DNA of 63,336 nt, filler included, from Chrysochromulina tobinii (taxonomy: Eukaryota), in assembly GCA_001275005.1 (NCBI GenBank). It is 5 parts of 5 records of this genome, joined end to end, with 100 filler letters (N's around TTAATTAATTAA, not from the genome) between each part and the next. Parts side by side here need not be neighbours in the genome. Positions count along the whole stretch, not along the records: positions 40,943 to 57,280 come from JWZX01000744.1; 4 more parts are not named here. The stretch is one strand, 5' to 3'. Of this stretch, positions 44,141 to 54,200 are shown in pieces; within the stretch, counting starts at the first letter, position 1; every line of letters starts with the position of its first letter. The notes under the pieces were generated by a model. That model was not told where the DNA came from and did not search any database. It saw only the letters and a program-made list of their open reading frames with translations. The position numbers and the translations under genes are program-made.

Positions 44141-46228
44141 ATGCTGCGGCTGCGCCACTCCTCCATCCACAGTGCCCATGACGGCGCTCGGCCGTTGCCA
44201 GAGCAGGCGCAGCATTGCACCGTCGAGGGGCGCGTTCGTACCGATGGCAAGCGACGCGAGGCTATCAGCCGCAGTGGCGCGGCCCGCCTCTGTGCTCGGC
44301 GGCGGTGCGAAGCGGGCCCGCGGTAGCAGCGCTATGAGCAGCGCTATGAGCAGCGCATCCGCCGCCGCCGCCTCCGCCGCCGCCTCCACCGCCATCGCCT
44401 CCGCCGCCGCCTGCGCCACCGCGTCGGCCGCCGGTGCCACCTCCGCCGCCAGCTCCATTCCGCTGCGGCGACGAGTACTCATCTGTTGGCTCCTCTCCTC
44501 AAGCGCCGTGACGAGAGCCCATATGCCAACCGTTTGTGCGCTGGGCGTGGAGATGGGCATGGCGCTCGCGTGCGCCCCTGGCGTCACCGCCCACGCCACC
44601 AGCTGCCCGATGGCGGAGGCATCGTCGACGTCGCGCGCGATAGCAAGCGTACTTGCGTGCACGTGCGCCAAGATGTGCACAGCAAGTCCTCGAGCCGCAG
44701 ACAAGAGCGCCCGCGCCATCGGCGGCGCGTCCTCGGACCTCACGCCAATCTCAAACAAGGCCAGAGCGGCCCGCAGAAGGGCCCGCCGCTCGGCAGGCAC
44801 GTGGACGCCGGGCTCTTGCGGCACGCCGGGGCCGGCTGCCTTGCATGGCGCGTGGCAGGGCGGCGGCCGCGTGAGTAAGGCACAGAGCATCTGGAGAGGT
44901 AGTCCGAGGAGCCACAACCGCGCCGTCGAAGCCGTGTGAATCGGCGCTGTGAACGACCGACCGTCAGTTAGCAGCGCCTTGGACGACTCGAGCGCAGCGC
45001 AAAGGAGCGCGGCGGGCTTCGCGCCAAAGGGCGTGGCCGGGCGCGCGTGCAGGTGCGCCCGAAGCCCCGCCATTGCATGCTGCACATCCTCGACCCTCGA
45101 GGCACTGAGCAGCTGAGCCAATTCGGCCACGCACAGCTCCTCGGGGGGCGCGTGTCCTAGCCGAGAGAGGGTGGTCGCGAGGAGTGCACAGCGACCTGTG
45201 TGGTTCGGGCGTAGGGTGCCGTCGCTGCCGCCGCGGCCACCGCCGCCGCCACCGCCACCAACACCTCGGCCTCCCTCACCTCCCTTCCCCCCGCCGCCGC
45301 CACCGCCACTGACACCTCGACCAGCGCGCTTGCCACCCCTGCCGCCCGCCTCGTCCTCGTCATCAGTCGCGTCCTCATCGCCTGCCGCCGCCACACATGC
45401 AACGGCGAGGTTGCGCACGTGTGCCGATGCGGAAGCACCGCCCTCGACACGCCCGAGCGCAGGCGCGGCGCTGGGCAGCAGCCACGCTCCAAGGGCGGCG
45501 CGGGTTTCGTCAGGGAGCATGGGGCCATGAGGAGCTACCGGAGGGCCCGCGCGGTGCGGCGGGCGCGAGTCCTCCTGCCCCCGTGGGCGCTTGGTAGGCC
45601 GTGCGACGACGGGCGTCGGTGGCAGCGGCTCTGCTCGAGCAGCGAGCGACGCTACGGGTGCGCGCTGTGTGGCGTTCGGGCTCGATGAATCACTTATAGC
45701 GGGCTCGGCCGAGCCGTGGATCGCCACCGGCGGCGTGGAGCAGTCCGCGCCTGTTGTGGCCGTCGCTGCATCGGATGCATCGCCACCATATGCCACCACG
45801 TGGTACCTGTACACGTGCTCGTCCAAAAGCGCGCCGCGTTGCATCAGCTGAGGAGCACCGAACACGATCTCAGAACCAGCGTGCGCCTCCGCATGGCCAC
45901 CAAGTGGCACAAGCGTGCCATCGACCGTGGTCCCATTGAGCGACCGCGTCTGCTCGTGTGGCGATCCATCGTAGACCACGAGCACCATTTGGCCACTGCG
46001 TCGCGTGCAACGCAAAAATGCGTGCTTGCGGGAGAGCAGCCTGCACTCAACGTTGCCATTGAGCCACATAGTCGGCACGGGTGCACCATCCATTGAAGCC
46101 GGAGTGGCATTGTGCATCATGCGGCGGATGGCCATGTTGCCGCCCCGGGGGACAGAAATACGATCGGGCCGGTCGTCACGCGGTACGAGCGAGGCGTCGA
46201 GCACTAGCGTGAGGCCACCGGCCGACAT
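43515..46228 (-). CDS. FHA-domain protein with Ala/Leu-rich helical C-terminus; probable frameshift in the (GGC)n run near 44090-44140
   Basis: LLSRKHAFL...VYDG...SLNGTTVDG...GSEIVFG (FHA). ORF 44054-46228 appears to continue in ORF 43515-44084 (PLRQEWFLVV...). Confidence 0.7.
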
Positions 46229-46636
46229 TGTCGTGTGGTCTACGTGTGGTAGTAGGACAATATTGTCCTAGGCTGTCCAGAATGGTCCCCTGTAGTAGTA
46301 GGAAGGCCAGAAGCGGCGCAAGAGGGGCTGAGGCGTCTCAAAGAATATGAGCTGCCATAGGTGCTCCAGCACCCAAGGCACCTGCTCCTCGTGATTTCAG
46401 CACGCCGGCGTGTGAAAATAGGACGGAGACAGGACATGTGAACAAACCCCGTTTTATGGTGTGAACAGACAATGAAAAATAACCATTGCAGCCTGTGAAA
46501 ACCAAAACGTGTGGGCCGGGCCGGTGATGACACGGCGGCGATCACGTTTGGAGCATTGGAGCAGGCAACAGCGGTTGGACGGCGGCCTATAGGTACGGTT
46601 CGCGCGGCCTCGCCTCTACCATCTCACCCTCAGACC

Positions 46637-47977
46637 TCACCGGAGGTAGCGAATGTACTCCGGCTCGACATCCTCCTCCTCATCGCCATCGTCGTCGTAG
46701 CGGATGTTGCATGTGCCGTCCGGATTGACCGAGGTCACCATGCCCTCGTACCATTGGGCCGCCTTCTCTGGCCCCATGGAGGACGCCATGTAGCGGGCCT
46801 TGACGCGGGTGCCCGGCTGGAGCGTGCTGCTCCTTGCGACGTCGCGGGGGTTGGGCAGAACGGGTTGCGGGGGTTGGGTAGCCGTTGGACCACTCGCACA
46901 TGAAGTGGAGGTGACGTCGACGTTAGAGGATGCATCGCGTTTGCCGGTCGGGCTCTTCTGTCGCTTCGAGATGGGCTGATCCTCGTCGTTAGAGGATGCA
47001 TCGCGTTTGCCGGTCTGGCTCTTCTGTCGCTTCGAGATGGGCTGATCCTCGTCGTCCGACGGCACCTGCGGCTCGGCTCCGGGCACGGCAGGCGTCGGCG
47101 CGGCGGTCGTGGCCTCGGAAACAGGTAGAGCGCGGCTCTCCACTTGTCCGGCGCTCATATTTGCCCACACGGAGGCCTCGTCGCCGCTCGCGCTCTGTGC
47201 TCTTGCCAGGGCGCTCGCCTGCGCGTGGGCTGTGGGGCGTGCATCCGGCCACACGAAGGGGAAGAGGTGTCGCCAGAAGAGCGCGCGTTGGTATTGCTTC
47301 ATCTTCTCAAACGGATGGGTGAAAGTCCAGCCGTTCGACTTGTCCTTTGCTAAAGGGAGCCAGATGAGCGCCCGCTTGAGGGCCGCGTCCAGGTCATGGC
47401 GAGGCGTGTACCGCACGCCTTCGTCAAACTTGCCTGTTTTGTAGTTGCAGGAGACACCCTCCCCAGATGCCAGCACGGCCACTGTGGAGATCACTTTCTT
47501 GAAGTTGTCGCGCGAGGGCACGCAGAACGGCTCGGGCATCTTGCCCCCGTACGCACGCAAAAAGCACAGAGCGTCGTTCACCCATTCATCACCGTCGTCC
47601 ACGACAAGAGTTTCGCGTTCCTCGTCGCTGAGAGCAGTTGAGAGAGCGCGTTTCTGCTCAGGTGTCAGAGGCGGACGTATGATGCCTTCGGGGGTCCACC
47701 AGCAGCATAACGGGTGTCGCTCCTCCGGAGGGTCGGGCATCCAAATGGTGCCAGCGTCGACAGATGAGGATTCTTCGATTGGCACACCAGAGAGGCGCGA
47801 GGAGGTGCGCGCTGGGCCTGTTGATGCAATAACGTCCTGTTTGGGCTTGGGCGGAGCCTTGGCCTTTGGCTTCGCCTTTAATGCCTTGGCGTCATCAAGC
47901 AGCCCGAGCGCCATGAGATAAGCATTGTTGGCCTTGATTCGCTCAGCGCGACTGAGCTCATATTCGCTGAGCGACAT
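46637..47977 (-). CDS. Nuclear protein with N-terminal SEYE..R..RI..N...L..LGL motif and C-terminal Tudor-like domain
   Basis: GTRVKARY...WYEGMVTSVNPDGTCNIRYDDDGDEEEDV; 66-nt tandem duplication (DEDQPISKRQKS.TGKRDASSN) at ~46922-47055. Confidence 0.75.
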   Translation of the reverse strand: MSLSEYELSRAERIKANNAYLMALGLLDDAKALKAKPKAKAPPKPKQDVIASTGPARTSSRLSGVPIEESSSVDAGTIWMPDPPEERHPLCCWWTPEGIIRPPLTPEQKRALSTALSDEERETLVVDDGDEWVNDALCFLRAYGGKMPEPFCVPSRDNFKKVISTVAVLASGEGVSCNYKTGKFDEGVRYTPRHDLDAALKRALIWLPLAKDKSNGWTFTHPFEKMKQYQRALFWRHLFPFVWPDARPTAHAQASALARAQSASGDEASVWANMSAGQVESRALPVSEATTAAPTPAVPGAEPQVPSDDEDQPISKRQKSQTGKRDASSNDEDQPISKRQKSPTGKRDASSNVDVTSTSCASGPTATQPPQPVLPNPRDVARSSTLQPGTRVKARYMASSMGPEKAAQWYEGMVTSVNPDGTCNIRYDDDGDEEEDVEPEYIRYLR

Positions 47978-48115
47978 TGCTGCCGACACTGCCCCCACCC
48001 ACCAGCACCAGTCGCACCGCGTGCTCCCGCCAAACCCACGAAGTTTTCGGGCTGTGAAAGCTGGGAGTGAACTGTGAAGACAATTTTAGACGTTGGAAAA
48101 CAACCCCGCCTGATC

Positions 48116-49036
48116 TTAACGCTCATCGTCGTCAATCACACCAACCAGCACCGGCATGCCCAGGATGACGACGATGATCAGGATCACGCTCGCTACCCAG
48201 CAAGTGAACTCGCGCTTGCGCCTCTTGTAGTCGTTGGCCCGGCGCAGCTCCTCGAGGGCGCCGCCCGTGTTGATGACGCTGTGGCCCACGGCGTGCTCGA
48301 TCTGGTTGAGCAGCTCGCCTTGCGCCTCGACGAGCACGGACACATCCAAGAAGAGTTGGTGCAGCTCGTTGATCGAGGTCTCGAGCCGCAGCAGGTCTTT
48401 GTGCCGGTCCTGGATGTCGGCGAGCGCGTTGCGCACGGCCGTCTGGCCGGCGATCTGCTGCGAGAACAGGTCTGCCTGCGGATTCTCGACGATCACCTGC
48501 ACCTCCTCCTTGGTCGCCGTCGGATTGATAATGCGGTACTGGCGCTCCATGCGCTCCCGGTACTTGGTCTTGTAGCGCGTCTGCAGGTCCTGGTAATCGG
48601 CCATCAATTCGACAAATTTGCGCGTGAGCGAGCCATGCATGTTGGTGCGTATGCGCGACTCCGTCGCGCCTTCGGTCGTCGACTTGTACCGTGCCGCGTG
48701 CTCCTTGTTGGCCTCATCCAACTCCTTGAGCCGATCGCGGACCTGAGCGACGATCCTGTTGGTCGCCTGCGTCAGCTCCTCGAGCTGGTTCGACCACCGA
48801 CGGCTCTGATCGGTGGACATAGCAGTCAAGTTCTCGTTGTGCGACTCCTCCATCAGTCGCACGTTATTGCGCATCAGCTCCATGCTTTGCTTAATCTCCT
48901 GCACCTCTGCGAAGAAGTCCTGCATGATAACTGGGCCGGCCGCGGTAGCAGATGAGGAGGATCCAGCTGCGGCGCTGCTGATAGCCGCGCTGGCGGTCGA
49001 CGAACTGCCGATAAGATCCGAAAGCCGGTCATTCAT
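48116..49036 (-). CDS. Plasma-membrane-type syntaxin (Qa-SNARE, Stx1/SYP1-like)
   Basis: MNDRLSDL N-peptide, MQDFFAEVQEIK Habc region, IQDRHKDLLRLETSINELHQLFLDVSVLVEAQGELLNQIE SNARE motif, C-terminal TM. Confidence 0.95.
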   Translation of the reverse strand: MNDRLSDLIGSSSTASAAISSAAAGSSSSATAAGPVIMQDFFAEVQEIKQSMELMRNNVRLMEESHNENLTAMSTDQSRRWSNQLEELTQATNRIVAQVRDRLKELDEANKEHAARYKSTTEGATESRIRTNMHGSLTRKFVELMADYQDLQTRYKTKYRERMERQYRIINPTATKEEVQVIVENPQADLFSQQIAGQTAVRNALADIQDRHKDLLRLETSINELHQLFLDVSVLVEAQGELLNQIEHAVGHSVINTGGALEELRRANDYKRRKREFTCWVASVILIIVVILGMPVLVGVIDDDER

Positions 49037-49433
49037 GGCGCGTAGTGGCTTGTAAGCCGGCGGGCTTATCATTCAAGGCGTTCGACTCCGCGGTTGGAGA
49101 AATGTGTGAATTGGCTGTTAAAATAGAGTCCGAGAAAAGGGCAGCCGCGGCGCGCGCACCATATTTGGACTTACGCGACAGAGCCGACACACGCGCCCGC
49201 ACCCCCCCAAGAAACAACTAACAACATATGCCAGTACTGCACGGAACAGCCGTTTAGAACAAAAATGTGCCACCGGCACCGCGTAAAGCCGTAAACTATA
49301 CTCGCCGCGCCACCGCGTGCCGCACCCGCAGCAACGATGGTCGCGATGCTCTATCCCAACGAAAGTGCCCGCTCGCGGCCGCCGCGCGTGGGCCTCACCA
49401 TGGCGGCTCACGACCTTGCAGGCTCGTCAAGGC

Positions 49434-51113
49434 TTAGGACTTGCAGACGCGCAAGTCGTATCTGGCCGCTTTCGACGCGTCTCCGAGGTCTAAGGTTTGC
49501 AGCGCCAAGAGCTCCGTGCGCTTGCGAGCAGCCTCCTCTGCCGCACGGCGCTGCTCCTCCTCCGCACGGCGCTGCTCGGGGGTTAGCTCGGGCTCAGCGG
49601 CCGCGGAGCTGATGCCACGGCCGCGCGCGGAGCCCGTCGAGGCCGACTGAGCGCGCTGGACCATCGCGTGAACCCGCTCCTTGACCTTTTCGAAGCGGTG
49701 CACATTGGCCGTCCACCAACGGGCGGCGTCGAGGTCACTCATGAGCTTAGTGTCGAAGAGGATAGCCTGCGCCTCGGAGACCTTCGCGTGCGCCACCCGC
49801 CCCATGAGCAAGGTCACGCCGCGCTCGCCCGTCTCAGCGTCCTTGACTCGGAATTCCGCTGAGACGCGTCCGTCGAACATCTCGGACTCGAGAACGCGGA
49901 AGAGCTTCTTGCCGGGGAACATGGGCCACACCTCGAGGCCCTTGTCGCCAAAGGCGTCGCGGATCTCGAGCGTCTCCGAGTGCATTTTGGCCTGCGCGTC
50001 CACCTGCTCCTTCTGCTCCTTGTATCTCAGCTCCATCTCAACTGCACGCTGGTGTGCCTCCGCCGCGCGCGCGTCCGCCGCGGCGCGCTGCTCCTCCGCC
50101 TTGGCCTTGGCGATGGCGAGTGCCTCGGCCTTGGCGCGCTCCTCGAGCAGCTTGGACTCCGCCTGGTCGCGCCGCTCGCGCTCTCCCTCCATCTGCTCCT
50201 TGAGATCGCTCTTCCAAGTCTCTTCGGCTTTGACTCGCTCGCGTTTCATCACGCTCTCCACATGCGCCCACTGCTTGCTTGCCTTGACCACCTTTGCAGG
50301 GGCCGCCTCGGCCTCGCGCTCGCGATCCTCCTTCTCGAGGCGCAACTTCTCGCGGTTGGCCGCCGCCTTGGCCGCCCACTGCATCTGGCGCTCGAAGATG
50401 CCCGCTGTCACAGCAGTCACCGCGCTCACCGGGCGCGGCGCGGTCTCCTTGTCAGGTGCGCCAGCCACCGCCTCCGCGCCGCTCGCCGTGGTGGCCGGAG
50501 CGCCAGCGGTGGCCTCGGCAGTCGTCATGGTTGCAGCAACTCTGTTGGCGCGGGCCGACACGGGCGCCGTGATAAAGCACGTGCTCGAAGCGTCGGCTAC
50601 CGCTGGCGTCGGCGCTGCCGCCAGCTGCTTGAGAATGACGTCGTCCTTGGCCTTCTCGGCAGCAGCGACGGCGGCGGCGGCCTTGCTGGTCTTCTTGGGT
50701 CTCACCTCCGCCTGCACTCCGCAGTCGACCATCAGCGGCTTGGGCTTCTCGGGCGGCGAGAAGCGAGCTCGGATATCGCGCAGGACCGAGCTGCGGATGG
50801 CTGCCTTATCGCAACGCACGATGCGCTCGACGGTGGTAGTCATAGCGTCGCAAATCATGGCAGAGAGCTCTTCGCGTTTGGCCGCCTTGAGCGCCAGGTC
50901 GATCGAGCCGGTCGACGACTCGGTCGACGCGGCGTTCAGAGCCGAGAAGGAGAAGAACAACTTTGTCACTGTCGCGTTCAGCGTTTTGACGAGCGCCTTG
51001 ACGGCGATCGTCTGGTCGTCCTGCTTCTCCTTGGGGGCAGGGACCTTGACGGCGGAGTTGCCGGCGCTGCTCGCGAACGGGGCGCCGATGCTGGGCAGGG
51101 CGACGTCTGTCAT
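49434..51113 (-). CDS. Coiled-coil hypothetical protein with a small globular C-terminal domain
   Basis: ~560-aa ORF; E/K/R/A-rich coiled coil followed by FRVKDAETGERGVTLLMGRV...EAQAILFDTKLMSDLDAARWW. Confidence 0.7.
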   Translation of the reverse strand: MTDVALPSIGAPFASSAGNSAVKVPAPKEKQDDQTIAVKALVKTLNATVTKLFFSFSALNAASTESSTGSIDLALKAAKREELSAMICDAMTTTVERIVRCDKAAIRSSVLRDIRARFSPPEKPKPLMVDCGVQAEVRPKKTSKAAAAVAAAEKAKDDVILKQLAAAPTPAVADASSTCFITAPVSARANRVAATMTTAEATAGAPATTASGAEAVAGAPDKETAPRPVSAVTAVTAGIFERQMQWAAKAAANREKLRLEKEDREREAEAAPAKVVKASKQWAHVESVMKRERVKAEETWKSDLKEQMEGERERRDQAESKLLEERAKAEALAIAKAKAEEQRAAADARAAEAHQRAVEMELRYKEQKEQVDAQAKMHSETLEIRDAFGDKGLEVWPMFPGKKLFRVLESEMFDGRVSAEFRVKDAETGERGVTLLMGRVAHAKVSEAQAILFDTKLMSDLDAARWWTANVHRFEKVKERVHAMVQRAQSASTGSARGRGISSAAAEPELTPEQRRAEEEQRRAAEEAARKRTELLALQTLDLGDASKAARYDLRVCKS

Positions 51114-51244
51114 CGGGAAGGCAGTTGGTCCGTCCGACGACAACTCCGCTGCGAGCCCTCTTTTTTCTCATTCGCCATTCACGCGCTTCCGGTGAGGGTC
51201 CTTCCTCGGTTCGGCGAGAGCTCCTCTCTTGCCGGCCGCGAAAC

Positions 51245-54200
51245 ATGGCGTCGCGCCCATCTGGCGCTCCATCAGCGGACCGCGAGGCGGGGCCCACGAC
51301 GGAGCCCAAGCCCAGGGGCCCACCTGGCATGCAATTCGTGCCACTGCCCGTGCCGATCGCCGCCACGCTTCCGCCGCCATCGAGCATAGAGCCTCTGCTC
51401 CCTACGCCGAGCTCCAGCGAGCGGGAGCAGATGCTCTTCGAGGCGCAGGAGCGACGCCGGGCGCTCGCGGAAGCCGGGCAGGTGCTCAATCGAGTCGTGT
51501 ACGACTCGATGGTCTTCGTGCCCGCCTCCGTGGAAAAGGTGCCTGGCGGCGCGCTGCTCTTCGAGTCGCGCTTTGAGAGCGGCAACCTGCGGCGTGCGGT
51601 GCATGTCAACGGTAACGAGTACGACCTGCTGCTTAACTGGGATCACGGCACGCGCGGTCACACGCAGTGGTACTATTTCTGCGCCTCCGGCGCCAAGGTG
51701 GGCGAGACGTACAGGTTCAACATCGTCAACTTTTGCAAGTCGCAGTCGCTGTGCGCTGCCGCCCGCCGCCACCCGCTTCGTCCATGCGCATGCCGACCCG
51801 CGTGCGAAGCCGCGCCAGCCAGCTGCGCACCTGCTCTGACGCTCTCACTGAGCTCTGACGTGCCGCCGGCCCGACTCCGTTGAGTGCCGCGTTGTGGCAG
51901 GTACAAGAATGGCATGCGCCCTCTCCTGTACTCGACCCAAGCGGCCGCCAAGCTCGGGCACGGCTGGACACGAAGCGGGCACGAAGTGCTGTACTACGAG
52001 AACGGCGTGATCCGGCGCGACCGCGGCGACGGCAAGACCAACCCGAATGCGCAGCACTCGACCCTCTCTTTCAGCTGGACGGCAGAGTATACGGGCGACC
52101 TCATCTACTTTGCGATGTGTTACCCTTACTCTTACACGGAGCTACGCTCTTACCTGGCGCGCATTCAGGCGGAGCCACTGCGAGCACGGCACGTCCGGCG
52201 GCAGCGACTTGCGCTGACCATTGCCGGCAACGAGTGCGAGATGCTCTGGGTGACCGACCACTCCTCTCCTGCTGAAGCGGTCAACGCGCGCCCGGTCGTC
52301 GCCCTCTCAGCGCGCGTGCACCCAGGCGAGTCGAACGCGTCGTGGATGATGCAGGGGGTGCGCCCGCTCCCGCCCACCCCCCCTCCCCCCACGCCCCCTA
52401 GCCCCTCATGCGCGTGCGCCCGCCAAGCCCGCGCCCCCCGTCCCGCGCCGCGATTGCGCCTCCGCCCACCATGATCAAACGAGCGCATCCACTCACTTTT
52501 CGCACCTCGTGGACGCGCCCACCACGACGCGCCATGCCGCGTGAGTGCAGATCATCGATTTTCTTACGGGCCGCTCGGCGGAGGCGGACGCGCTGCGCCG
52601 GCACTGCCTCTTCCTGATCGTGCCGATGCTCAACCCAGGTGGCTACGTGACCTCTGATGACCTCTGATGACCTCTGATTGCCTCTGATTGCCTCTGATTG
52701 CCTCTGATTGCCTCTGATTGCAAGCTCGTGCCGATGCTCAACCCAGATGGCGTCATCTGCGGCAACTACCGCTGCTCGCTCGCGGCCGTCGACCTGAACC
52801 GTCGATGGGCTCGTCCCTCGGCCAAGCTGCACCCGACGATCCATGCGCTCAAGAAGCTGCTGCTGCGGCTGCACGTGCGCCAGCCGATCGCCATGTTCGT
52901 CGACCTGCATGGGCATTCGCGAAAGCAACGCGTCTTCATGTACGGCTGCGATGAGTCGATCACGGCCGCGGCTGCCGCCGGCGGGTATGGGCCTACAATC
53001 GGCCTCAACGGCAAGCTCGGCCGCGTGCCTGCGTTGCTGCAGCAAGTCTTTCCACTCCTGTGCTCGCGCACCTGTACCACCACGAAGCGCGAGACGGGCG
53101 GGCAGGGCTCCGACAACTTCTTCTCGTTCAGCAGCTGCAGCTACATCATCAAGAAGTCGAAGGAGTCGACGGGGCGGGTAGTGGTGCATCGGGAGCTACA
53201 GCTCCTCACCTCGTACACGATGGAGGCCTCTTTTTGCGGCTGCGACGACCGGCGGCGCGCGCGCGCCGCCGAGCTCGACAGCGACGAGGACGAGGACGAG
53301 GCGCCCGCGTCTGCACCCGCGTCTGCGCCCGCGTCTGCGCCCGCGTCTGCGCCAGCTGACGAGAGCGCCCGCGACAGCGCCAAACCCAATGGCGGCGGCT
53401 TCCATTTCTCAACGGCGCACCTGCAGCAGATTGGGTGCCGCTTCTGCCGTGCGCTGCATGGGTACTTTGGACTGGGCGCGCCGCCCACGGCAGAGGAGTC
53501 CGCGCGGATCGACAAGGCGACCATCGACGCCATCGAGGGCGTCAAAGCCCTCCCGTCCAACGTGGCGATCCACCAGACGCTCATCGACCTCATGTCGGGC
53601 GAGTTCGACGCCGGAGCCGACGGCGACACAGAGGGCTCCGACGGCGGCGAGGGCTCTGACGACGAGAGCAAGAAATTGGCGGCGAGTATAGAAAACGGCG
53701 GCACCGCGCCCGTCGCGACCGGCGCCGCCCCGCCGGCCGACGGCACGAAACTACGCGTCGCCGCGCCCCCAAACGGCGGCGCCGCGCCCGCCTTCGTTAC
53801 AAAGGTTGGGCCCACCCCTTCGCCGACGAATAAGGACAAGATTGACAAGGTGGCGAGGAACTCTATCTCGACGCGTCGCACTCGCGAGCAAGAGATGCGC
53901 GCGGCGGCGCAGCGCGCCGAGGCGGCCGCGGCGGCCGCGGCTGCGCTGCTGGGCCATCGGCCCGACCTTCTCGGCGGCGCGACGCTGCCGCTGCCTCGGC
54001 CGCTTGTTGGGCTGGCCGCCCACCACTTTGCGGCTCGCGAGCAGTTTGGGCGTGACGACCTGCGTGGGTCGGATGCAGGGGGCAGCCGCCTTGCAGCAGC
54101 AGCCGCACTTGCAGAATCTTCACTCGATCGGCTTCCAGCAGCAGCCCCATTTGCAGCCGCAGCTGCCGCAGCCGCCGCAACCATCCTCCGGCTTCCAGCA

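Noticed and set aside
49681..51389. Long antisense ORFs (e.g. 49681-51195, 49980-51389, 20905-22407, 38535-39863, 53141-54622, 60061-61257)
   Set aside because: Shadow frames of real genes, expected in high-GC coding DNA; no independent motifs.
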